DNA from: Eledone cirrhosa
Taxonomy: Eukaryota
Direction of reading: 5' to 3'
NCBI GenBank assembly: GCA_964016885.1
Contig: OZ024743.1
Location: 336,970,001-337,034,000 of the forward strand
DNA length: 64,000 nt
The notes under the pieces are model-generated. The model worked only from the letters and a program-made list of their open reading frames with translations. It had not been told where the DNA came from and did not search any database. How positions within the stretch are numbered: the first letter of the stretch is position 1; each line of letters begins with the position of its first letter. The position numbers and the translations under genes are program-made. Below, in pieces: positions 22,261 through 34,000 of this stretch.

Positions 22261-22463
22261 CTCTTTAGCATTTAAACCGGCTGCATCCAGCCAGAATTCT
22301 CTCACCTCTTTCTGTTCAAACCGGCTGTAACCGTCCGCTCATACTGATGTTAAGTTATTGTTCTCAAAATAAATAATATAAAATGTAAGATACAGCCTTT
22401 ACCGCAAAAGTACAATAATGTAAAGTACAATAATGTATATAGAGTAATGTAAATGCTAAAGGG
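22261..22463. mobile_element. piggyBac-type MITE
   Basis: TTAA|CTCTTTAGCATTTA ... TAAATGCTAAAGGG|TTAA, giving TIRs with a TTAA TSD. Confidence 0.85.
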
Positions 22464-22726
22464 TTAAATACACATTCTGAAAGTATAAAGTTAATGTAAG
22501 AGGGTACCATCATTCTTACTATACTAGTATATCATATATTCTCTCTATTCTATCTACAAAGAAATACTCATACATCACCAATAAAAGAAGGGCCTAGATA
22601 AATACTGTAGGCACCACAAAACTATTTCTAATCCAACCTAGAACCAGCTACTCAAAAAAAAAATCTACGCTTTGTTTCTCAGATGTCCTCTTACTAACTA
22701 TTCCTTAACTTTTAGCCAGCACTTAA

Positions 22727-22925
22727 CCCTTTAGCACTTACATTACTCTATATTTACTATTATACTTTTACGGTAAACACTTTCCCTCACATAATATCTA
22801 ATCTATGAGATTTTGATATTATTGATGTTGAGAACAATACCTTAACACCAGTATGAGTGGATGGTTACAGCTGGTTTGAACAGAAAGAGGTGAGAGAATT
22901 CTGACTAGATACGGCTGGTTTGAAC
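22727..22925. mobile_element. Second, inverted and truncated copy of the piggyBac-type MITE
   Basis: TTAA|CCCTTTAGCACTTACATTACTCT; TTTGAACAGAAAGAGGTGAGAGAATTCTG is the reverse complement of about 22290-22320. Confidence 0.8.
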
Positions 22926-23393
22926 AGACACTAACTATCACCTGATACCACTCCAACTCTTCCATCCTCAATATCTATATGTATAACCTTGTATTCTCCA
23001 ATCGTACTATCTATTGTTCATTTACTGCACCTTGATCTGTATTTTATTTCTTCTGTATTTTGATTTCTTCGATATGATTTTATATACTTCCATTTTACTC
23101 CCTCAATTCCACCCTAGGTATGACTGCATTTTATTTATGTATTTATTTATTCACTTTACTCTCCTTATATACTCATCCTTGTACTCATCTGTTACTAAAA
23201 TTAGCACACGACCCTAGAATATTACTCTCTGTACTCTATATATCTGTTTATCTTTAATCACTCCCCCTACCCACTCAAGAATCACACTACATATAACCCG
23301 GACTAACTGGGGACTAAATATAGTCTATTTACACATTTCATCAGATTTTGCCACTTTTATACTTCACATCACAGGTGTGAATAACTAATAATC

Positions 23394-23596
23394 GTTTGGT
23401 ACACGCGATGATCCGACGGATGTGGCGGCTTTCCCGACTGCACGCCAAGCGCTCGGGTCGATCAGCCTTCCTAGAGTGCTTGGAAAAATAAATTTCCCCT
23501 TCTTTCGGTAAACGAAAATACTCGGAACGGCTGTTTCGCCCTGGGGCCCTTGTCAGACTTGAAATCCGCCGTACCACCGGTTATTGACCGCCAAAC
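23394..23596 (+). ncRNA. Candidate structured RNA or ssDNA element, copy 1 (unassigned)
   Basis: Nested stems GTTTGG/CCAAAC, GGCGG-TTTC/GAAA-CCGCC, CAGCC-TTCC/GGAA-GGCTG, GAGTG/TACTC, GGAAA/TTTCC and TTTCG/CGAAA, retained in the diverged copy 2. Confidence 0.5.
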
Positions 23597-23601
23597 AGTA
23601 C

Positions 23602-24498
23602 TTTAGAAGGTTAGTATCAGTGTATATAAAAAAAGAATAAGAATGGCTGGTGCGTGTTTGTACAATGTTTTACTTCACAGAAGTCAATAATAAAACAATA
23701 GAAATATTTTACCACGTGTCGTGATGGTGTAGTTGGTGGAGCGTGTAAAGAAGAGAGAGAGAAGACAGGAGTCATCTCTTCATAGGCCGGATTCATCTCT
23801 AGGGAGAGAAAGCAGAAATCATCTCTTCATAGGCAGAAGTCATCTCTTCAGCTGCGGCGAGTGGAAAGTGAGAGAGCGTATGGCCTCACGCTCTCAAATA
23901 TATAGTCCCCATGGGGACGTAACTCCATTTAGTTCATGGATGTGCCACTAGGGGTCATGACCGTCACAAAGGGACGCAACTCTTATACGTTAGTTCATGG
24001 ATGTGCCACTAGGGGGTCACGACCGTCACAAAGGGACGCAACTCTTATTCGTTCTGAGTTCCAGCCCTAAGGGTTCGCTACAGTACCCTCCTCCAGACGA
24101 TAGGCGAAAAGCCCGAAGGTAATTGTAGCGAACCCACAAGCATGGGCTCCAAGCACAGGCATGAATAGTAACGAAAAATGAAAAGGTACATGTATACTTA
24201 GTTCATGGATGTGCCACTAGGGGGTCACGACCGTCACGAAGGGACGCAACTCTTATTCGTTCTGAGTTCCAGCCCTAAGGGTTCGCTACAGTACCCTCCT
24301 CCAGACGATAGGCGAAAAGCCCGAAGGTAATTGTAGCGAACCCACAAGCATGGGCTCCAAGCACAGGCATGAATAGTAACGAAAAATGAAAAGGTACATG
24401 TATACTTAGTTCATGGATGTGCCACTAGGGGGTCACGACCGTCACGAAGGGACTCAACTCTTATTCGTTCTGAGTTCCAGCCCTAAGGGGTCGCTACA
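23602..24498 (-). mobile_element. Solo LTR with its terminus amplified as a 208-bp tandem repeat
   Basis: 4-bp TSD GTAC (23598-23601, 24499-24502); termini TTTAG (likely TGTAG) and CTACA; TATATAT at about 23898; repeat units start at 23990, 24198 and 24406. Confidence 0.75.
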
Positions 24499-24599
24499 GT
24501 ACTTTTAAATTCTAGGCTTAATCATAACTTTAAATTTTATCATGCCTCCTTCTACTAGCCCTTAACTAAATCCCCCACCAGTGTGAATAACTAGTAATA

Positions 24600-24802
24600 G
24601 TTTGGTATATACGATAACCAGCCGATGGTGGCGGACTTCCCGCTAACACTCCCGGCGCTTGAGACAGTTAACATTCCTGGAGTGTTCGGAAAAATAAATT
24701 TCCCTTTCTTTCGCTAGATGAAAATACTCGGAACGGTTGGCACGCCATTGGGCCCCGGGCTGGCCGGGGGTCCGCAACGTTGCTGGTTGATGACCTCTAA
24801 GC
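24600..24802 (+). ncRNA. Candidate structured RNA or ssDNA element, copy 2 (unassigned)
   Basis: Diverged direct repeat of 23394-23596, with stems kept by compensatory and G-U changes (GCGGACTTCC/GGGGGTCCGC). Confidence 0.5.
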
Positions 24803-24999
24803 ATGGGCTTAATCTTCACTCTATATTCTACCCTGAAACTTTATCGTGACTATCTATAATACACTTAAACTTTTTCATAAACGCCTTCTTCTGTAAATTT
24901 CTTTAACTAAATCTCCCAACTTTAAACCTAAATCTTACTCGATTGTGAGTGACAGCTGTAGTGTGAATGTGTATGCATACACCGATATTGATATACATA

Positions 25000-25300
25000 A
25001 AGTTATGTTGGTACCACAAAACATCCAGCCCATACTGTAAAGTGGTTGCGTGGGTGTCACAACAAAAAGCACCTAGCACACACTGTAAAGTGGTCATGTA
25101 GAAGACTTGGCAAAAAGCACCCAGCACACACTGTAAATGTGGTTGGTGTTAGGAAGGGCACCTACTCGTAGAAAACCAGTCAGAAACAGTCCTATACGAG
25201 TGAGACACGGTCACCTGACCCAACTTGCTTCAAATGGGACAAACCCGTCTAACCCATGCTAGCATGGAAGATAGACGTTAAACGATGATGATGATAATGA
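25000..25300 (+). mobile_element. RTE 3' UTR fragment (~40-bp subrepeats, (GAT)n tail)
   Basis: Colinear with 29860-30160, which is attached to RTE coding remnants. Confidence 0.8.
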
Positions 25301-25311
25301 TGCATATATAC

Positions 25312-26130
<819 letters not shown>

Positions 26131-26200
26131 ATCAGGTCTAGCAAATAGAGAAAAAGTTTTAAAATAAATTTTAAAAAGTTTGCTGTACTTACTATATGTT

Positions 26201-26283
26201 GCTTTACCGTGCGGTTTCGAATTCCAAAATAAACAGATAATCCAAGCGGATTTCCATTGGGAAGGGGAGTCTCGTCAGAAGGC
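26201..26283 (-). ncRNA. Type I hammerhead ribozyme motif
   Basis: GCCTT-CTGACGA-GACTCC...GGAATTC-GAAA-CCGCACGG-TA-AAGC. Confidence 0.8.
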
Positions 26284-26567
26284 TCTTCTCACTTGGAGAA
26301 TATAAAATTCCCGAGTTCAAATCACAAACTGGCGCTATACATATACTTTATTATTATTAATCTCCCCTAAGGTTGAGATAACATTTGGTCGTTTGTACTG
26401 CTGCTATTTCTAGTAGCAGGACATTGACCTGTCCACCCTGCCTTTTGTCTTTACACACGGCACTAGACAAAATTGTTTCTTTCATCATTTACTCTCATCC
26501 GGGAACAGTTTTGTATGGCGCCAGTTTGTGATTTGAACTCGGGAATTTTATATTCTCCGAGCGAGAA

Positions 26568-26650
26568 CCTTCTGACGAGACTCCCCTTCTCAATGAAAAT
26601 CCGCTTGGATTATCTGTTTATTTTGGGATTCGAAACCGCACGGTAAAGGC
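26568..26650 (+). ncRNA. Type I hammerhead ribozyme motif
   Basis: Stem I CCTT/AAGG, core CTGACGA (26572-26578), stem II GACTCCC/GGGATTC, GAAA (26632-26635), stem III CCG-CA-CGG, and GTA cleavage triplet ending at 26645. Confidence 0.85.
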
Positions 26651-27281
26651 ACATATAGTAAGCACAGCAAACTTTTTAAAATTTATTTTAAAACATTTTC
26701 TCTATTTGCTAGACCTGATTTTATATGTTCTGGTTTGTTAATTTATTAATCTGCCATAGAACCACATTGGCATACGGTCGGATAATATTTCTATCCCTAT
26801 ATGTAGGAACGAGCCCCACCCTACTAATTAAGCAAATGAGGTTGAGGATCTTGTCAATCGACTGCTGATATATATATATAACAGAAATATAGATAAAATA
26901 CAATAATTTTGGTCTTGCTGTATCAGAACAGCTCAATAAAATTAGGTGTGAAAAAACATTAATCAGAGCAAACTCTAAACAATATTGTTGTGGAAACAAC
27001 AATATTTAATATCTTCTAGCATATTATATAGAACTAAATAAGAGAGGTATAGATATAGTAAGAAAGTTGACATTTGATAAATAAACTTAATGATATTCAC
27101 TTTTACAATGAGTCAATCTTCCATTAATTATATTTATATCGCGCAGTTTCAATAAATATAAATTTATAATTAGCAAGGTTAGGATAATGGCTATCTTTCG
27201 TATGACTCCGTAATGTTGATACAAAATATTGTCTCACCATATCTCAGAGCGCATGTGTTCTTTTTAAGATAAATCAAAACA

Positions 27282-27710
27282 ATGAAGAGGGACAGGCCAG
27301 TTGGCCATGCCTCCTCATAGCGGTGTCATCCAGTTCCACTCTGCAAATATATTGTAGCACCCAAACTATGGTTCCGCTGTGACAAGGGTTCTATGTGGCC
27401 AACTAGCCTGTCCCTCTTCATCCACTTCCAGGTTCCCAAAATGTGGTTCCTCGGTGATAAATTGTTTGGCGTGACCAACTGGCCTATCCCTCCTCACAGC
27501 GGTGCCATCCAGTTCCACACTATGAATGTAGTTGCAGCTTCCAAACTGTGACACCGTTGTGAGAAGGTTTTGGCATGGCCAACTGGCTTGTCCCTCCTCA
27601 TAGTGAGACCATCCAGTTCCAAGCTCCCAAGCTGGGGTGCTGCTGTAAGAAGGGTTTGGCATGGCCAACTGGCCTGTCCTCCCTCATAGCAATGCAACCC
27701 AGTTCCATAC
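27282..27710. repeat. Irregular minisatellite (4 direct units of 75-105 bp plus an inverted partial unit)
   Basis: TGGCCAACTGGCCTGTCCCTCCTCATAG-like core at about 27396, 27472, 27577 and 27662; reverse complement at 27282-27310. Confidence 0.8.
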
Positions 27711-28019
27711 AGTATGCACCTAGAGTAAAATGAAAATAAAAAATAGAGTTCACTAGCGAAAGTACACAACAATGGAAATAATAATGAAAGTAGGAATCCT
27801 TAACATGGAACCAAACTGGCTACCCCATTGTTGTGAACTTGAAAGGGGGGACAACATAAAACACCCTCTGAGAACTAATGTAATTTCTTAACGGCTCTAG
27901 TCAACTAGTATAGTATATTACATTAGTATATGGTGCATGTTTATGTTAATTTCCTGCTGTAACAATAGTATATAATGAAATGGTAGGGGGCAGGGGTGAA
28001 ATGGCAGAGATGTGTGAGA

Positions 28020-28150
28020 CCAATGAACCATACCATCCTGATATACACTTAGGTAGACATACCATCTTGTGGTACATATGTAGATAGATCATACCATTGG
28101 GTGATACATACTTAGGTGGACCATACCATTCTATGGTATATACTGAGTGG
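28020..28150. repeat. Degenerate ~30-bp tandem repeat
   Basis: CATACCAT...ATAC..TAGGTAGA recurs four times. Confidence 0.65.
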
Positions 28151-28364
28151 GGTTTTACTTATTCATTCAACAGTAGTAGCAGACAGCTACATTCCTATTC
28201 CACCAACTTCAGCTTTCATAATCAATTGTGGTCCTATGGTTGGGTGATTAAACCTGATAGAAAACCCTAGGAACTTCTATACGACATTTGAACTCAGAAC
28301 TGAAAGTGTATTGGAATAAATTCCACAAACCATTTTGTGTGAATCTCTCAAGAGAGGGCTCCAA

Positions 28365-28605
28365 ACCTGATGACATATATCTTGGTTTCAGCAAGGCATT
28401 TGACAGAGTTGATTACAACATCATGTTGTGTCTCTGGAAAGTTACTACAAGGATCAAGTATTTCCTGACAAACAGAACCCAACATGTTGTCAAAGGAATA
28501 CAATCAAGCTCAGCTAAAGTCAGTAGTTGCACCAGACAAGGCAGTGTGTTGGACCCACTTCTCTTCATTATTGACATCATCAAGCACAGCAACATAAGAA
28601 TTTTT
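28365..28605 (+). mobile_element. CR1-group RT fragment
   Basis: DIYLGFSKAFDRVDY, FLTNRTQHV, RQGSVLDPLLFII. Confidence 0.8.
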
Positions 28606-28643
28606 GTAGCGTGTGTGTGTGCATGTGTGTGTGTATGTATATA

Positions 28644-28715
<72 letters not shown>

Positions 28716-28718
<3 letters not shown>

Positions 28719-30165
28719 GCCTTCGGGGATAGTTGCTGAGATATTGAAAACATCTGGAATGGTGGGACATACCATAGACATCCGGATAGTAAACCAAGTA
28801 ATACAGAATGGGGTCATACCAATTGACTGGCGAAGGAGCATCATTGTTAACTGCTCATGGGAACTTCTATATACAGATGATTTAACTCTCATAGCTGAAT
28901 CTATGGCTGAACTAGAGAAGAAATTCCAAACATGGAAGCATGGCATAGAATCAAAAGGTCTTAAAGTTAACTTGTCTAAGACCAAAGTTCTAGTATATAG
29001 AAAGGAAAATAAGGCACAGGTTCCCTCTGATAAATAGCCTTGCACAGTGTGTAGGAAAGGAGTACCCAAATGGGTACATAAAAGTTGTAGTGGGGTCACA
29101 GGCAGACTATCAAAGAACGTAGTACCAATGCAGTATTAGAACGTGTGGTCGTTGCTCATGTGCAGTAAGTAGCAAGTGCCCTTTAGACAATAGCTTTCCG
29201 TTTCCTGGGTGACAAAATCAACTGTGGAGGAGGTTGTTCTGAAAGTACAGTAGCCAGATTAAGAACGGGATTGAAAAATTCAGAGATAATACCACTGTTG
29301 GCCACAAAAGGTTTCTCTCTAAAAATGAAAGGCAGATTGTATGGTGCTTATATACGAACAGCAATGTTACATGGTAGTGAGTCATGGACATTTTGTGCAG
29401 AGGATCTGCGCAGATAAGAAAGAAATGAAGCATGCATGCTCCGATGGATGTGTAATAGTAATATACACGAACGGCAAAGCGTAAATGAACTAAATGAGAA
29501 ATTAGGCATAAGAGGTGTCAGATGCAGTATAAGAGGGGATTGCGTTGATATTGCCATGTGATGTGTATGAAGTACGATAGCTGTATAGAAAAGTGAAGGG
29601 TGATCAAATTGATGGAAGCTACGGAGTAGGAAGACCCAGAAAGTCCTGGGACGTGGTTATAAAAGTTGACCTTGCACACTCGCACCTCTCTAAGACAATG
29701 ACACAGGATCGAGATCGTTGGAGCTATGCAGTAATACAGAAGACCCGTCTTCACTTGGGCATGGGTTTAAACCTACATTCAGTAGGCACCTCATAATTCA
29801 ATATACACGCCACACCCTCTATACACCTCCCTCCCACTTCCGCCTAAACCACCCTTACTCTGTAAAGTTATGTTGGTATTACAAAACATCCAGCCCACAT
29901 TGTAAAGCGGTCGTTAGGTGTCACAAAGAAAAGCACATAATTCATACTGTAAAATGGTCGTGTAGGAGACACGGCAAAAAGCACCCAGTACACACTGTAA
30001 ATGTTGTTGGCGTTTAAAAGAACATCAGGCCGTGGAAAACCAGCCAGAAACAGTCCTATATGAGCAAGAGACGGTCACCCGACCCAACTTGCTTCAAATG
30101 AGACAAACCCAGCTAACCCATGCTAACGTGGAAAATAGACGTTAAACGATGATGATGATGACGAG
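28716..30165 (+). mobile_element. RTE-clade LINE, internally deleted and degenerate
   Basis: [63 protein letters not shown]; 3' UTR and (GAT)n tail. Confidence 0.85.
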
Positions 30166-30169
30166 GAGG

Positions 30170-30320
<151 letters not shown>

Positions 30321-30451
30321 TGTATTTATGCATGTATATGAACTTACAATATATACATATATAAATGTATGTGGCAGGGGGTGCAATAAGATTTGTGTAG
30401 ATGTGTTTGATGCTCTATGATCTTAATTCCTATATTTACATTTTTTTACAG

Positions 30452-30804
30452 GTCCTAGGTATCCTAAAACTTACTACTTTAGAAATGGAGTCTTAAGAAT
30501 AGCAACTACAATCAGAATTGAAAGCGAAAGTAGTGACTATGTTAAGATCTGTTTCAATATTTCATACAGTGTTATGTTTCTCAAAAGATCAAAAAACCTC
30601 GGTTGTTTCAGCAAACGGTTTAAATTAAGTGAAGACAGCTCAGTGGAGAGTATGAAATATTTGAATTCGTTGGATCTACAAAAGGATGATACTGTCGAGA
30701 GTTACAGAACGGTAAATCCCGTTGAAACAAAGCAAAATGAAGATTCTCTTATTTGGCACAAGGATGACCAACCAATCCTTTTCGAAGAAAAGGGGGGAAA
30801 TTAG
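30452..30804 (+). CDS. Candidate terminal coding exon of an unidentified host gene
   Basis: Acceptor ATTTTTTTACAG (AG 30450-30451); about 116 stop-free codons PRYPKTYYFRNGVLRIATTIRIE...FEEKGGN* in AT-rich non-repetitive DNA; AATAAA at about 30852 and 30895. Confidence 0.6.
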
Positions 30805-31077
30805 ATTCGTTTATTTATAATCTGTTTAGAAAACAAAGAATCAATTTATAAAATAAATAAATAGTAAGATATCTTAATAGGTCAAAATAATGAAAATAAA
30901 TCTTAAAGTGAAATGTTAATTGAATATTATCTGATTAATAAATATTTCAATCATTTCCTGTGTTGTGTACTTTCGACTTTCATTACATAAGTATATCTCT
31001 TGTTTCATTTTACATGAAAGATATCCCTAGGAATTTTAATTTAACACCCAGAGTTGATTACTACACCTGATATCATA

Positions 31078-34000
31078 TAATAACACATATATCAAAAGAT
31101 AAGATAACATTGTACACTAAACTATAATATAACATATCAAACCATGACATAACGTTGTACAATAAACTATAATATAACATATCAAACCATGACATAACAT
31201 TGTACACTAAACTATAATATAAGATATCAAGCAATGACATAACATTGTACACTAAACTATAATATAACATATCAAACCATGACATAACATTGTACACTAA
31301 ACTATAATATAACATATCAAACCATGACATAACATTGTACACTAAACTATAATATAACATATCAAACAATGACATAATATTGTACACTAAACTGTAATAT
31401 AACATATCAAACTATAGCATAACATTGTACACTAAACAGTAATATAACATATCAAACTATGACATAACATTGTACACTAAACTGTAATATAACATATCAA
31501 ACTATAAGATAACATTGTACACTAAACTGTATTATAACATATCAAACTATAAGATAAAATTGTACACTAAACTGTAATATAACATATAAAACTATAAGAT
31601 AACATTGTACACTAAACTGTAATATAACATATCAAACTATAGGATAACATTGTACACTAAACTATAATATAACATATCAAACCATGACATAACATTGTAC
31701 ACTAAACTGTAATATAACATATCAAACTATGGGATAACATTGTAAACTAAACTGTAATATAACATATCAAACCATGACATAACATTGTACACTAAAGTGT
31801 AATATAACATATCAAACTGTAGGATAACGTTGTACACTAAACTGTAATATAACATATCAAACTATAACATAACATTGTACACTAAACTATAATATAACAT
31901 ATCAAACTATAACATAACATTGTACACTAAACTATAATATAACATATCAAATTATAGGATAACATTGTACACTAAACTGTAATATAACATATCAAACTAT
32001 AAGATAACATTGTACACTAAACCGTAATATAACATATCAAACCATGACATAACATTGTACACTAAACTGTAATATGACATATCAAACCATGACATACCAA
32101 TGTACACTAAACTGTAATATAACATATCAAATTATAGGATAACATTGTACCCTAAACTATAATATAACATATCAAATCATGACATAACATTGTACACGAA
32201 ACTGTAATATAACATAACAAACTATAGGATAACATTGTACACTAAACTGTAATATAACATATCAAACCATGACATACAGTATACACTAAACTGTAATATA
32301 ACATATCAAACTAAAGGATAACATTGTACAATAAACTGTAATATAACATATCAAACCATGACATAACATTGTACACTAAACTGTAATATAACATATCAAA
32401 CCATGACATAACAATGTACACTAAACTGTAATATAACATATCAAACTAAACTGTAATATAGCATATCAAACTATAAGATAACATTGTGCACTAAACAGTA
32501 ATATAACATATCAAACCATGACATATCATTGTACACTAAACTCGTAATATAACATATCAAACTATAGGATAACCTTGTATACTAAACTGTAATATAACAT
32601 ATAAAACCATGACATATCATTATACACTAAACTGTAATATAACATATCAAACTATAGGATAACATTGTACAATAAACTGTAATAAAACTTATCAAAGCAT
32701 GACATAATATTGTACACTAAACTGTAATATAACATATCAGACAAGGAGATAACATTGTACACTAAACTGTAATATAACATATCAAATTATAGGATAACAG
32801 TGTGCACAAAACTGTAATATAACTTATCAAAGCATGACATAACATTGTACACTAAACTGTAATATAATATATCAAATTATAAGATAACATTGTACACTAA
32901 ACTGTAATATAACTTATCAAACCTTGACATAACATTGTACACTAAACTGTAATATAACATATCAAACTTTAAGATAACATTGTACACTAAACTGTAATAT
33001 AATATATCAATTTATAAGATAAAATTGTACACTAAACTGTAATATAACTTATCAAACCATGACATAACATTGTACACTAAACTGTAATATAACATATCAA
33101 ACCATGACATAACATTGTACACTATACTGCAATATAACATATCAAACTATAGGATCACATTGTACACTAAACTGTAATATGACATATCAAACTATACAAT
33201 AACATTGTACACTAAACTGTAATATAACATATCAAACCATGACATAACATTGTACACTAAACTGTAATATAACATATCAAATTATAGGATATGATTGTAC
33301 TCTAAACTATAATATAACATATCAAACCATGACATAACATTGTACACTAAACTGTAATATAATATATCAAACTATAAGATAACATTATACACTAAACTCT
33401 AATATAACTTAACAAACCATGACATAACATTGTACACTAAACTGTAATATAACATATCAAACTTTAAGATAACATTGTACACTAAACTGTAATATAACAT
33501 ATCAAACTTTAAGATAACATTGTACACTAAACTCTAATATAACATATCAAACTATAGGATAACATTGTGCACTAAACTGTAATATAACATATCAAACCAT
33601 GACATAACATTGTACACTATACTGTAATATAACATATTAAAACATGAGATAACGTTGTACACTAAAGTGTAATATAATATATCAAAGTATAAGATAACAT
33701 TGTACACTAAACTGTAATATAACATATCAAAGCATGACATAACATTGTACACTAAACTGTAATATAACATATCAAACTATAGGATAATATTGTACACTAA
33801 ACTGTAATATAACATATAAAACCATGGAATAACATTGTACAATAAACTGTAATATAACATATTAAACCATGAGATAACATTGTACACTAAACTGTAATAT
33901 AACATATCAAACTATAAGATAACATTGTACATTAAACTGTCATATAACATATCAAAATATAGGATAACATTGTACACTAAACTATAATATAACATATCAA

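Noticed and set aside
23341-23577. 78-aa ORF over the structured repeat
   Set aside because: The second copy has a stop and mostly non-synonymous differences in that frame.
24070-24135. Hammerhead in the 208-bp unit (CAGACGA...GAAG)
   Set aside because: Two core mismatches and no stem I; the flanking stem is explained by inverted LTR ends.
28288-29099. 249-aa and 228-aa ORFs as genes
   Set aside because: Chance read-through joining a CR1 fragment, a (TA)n run and an RTE fragment.
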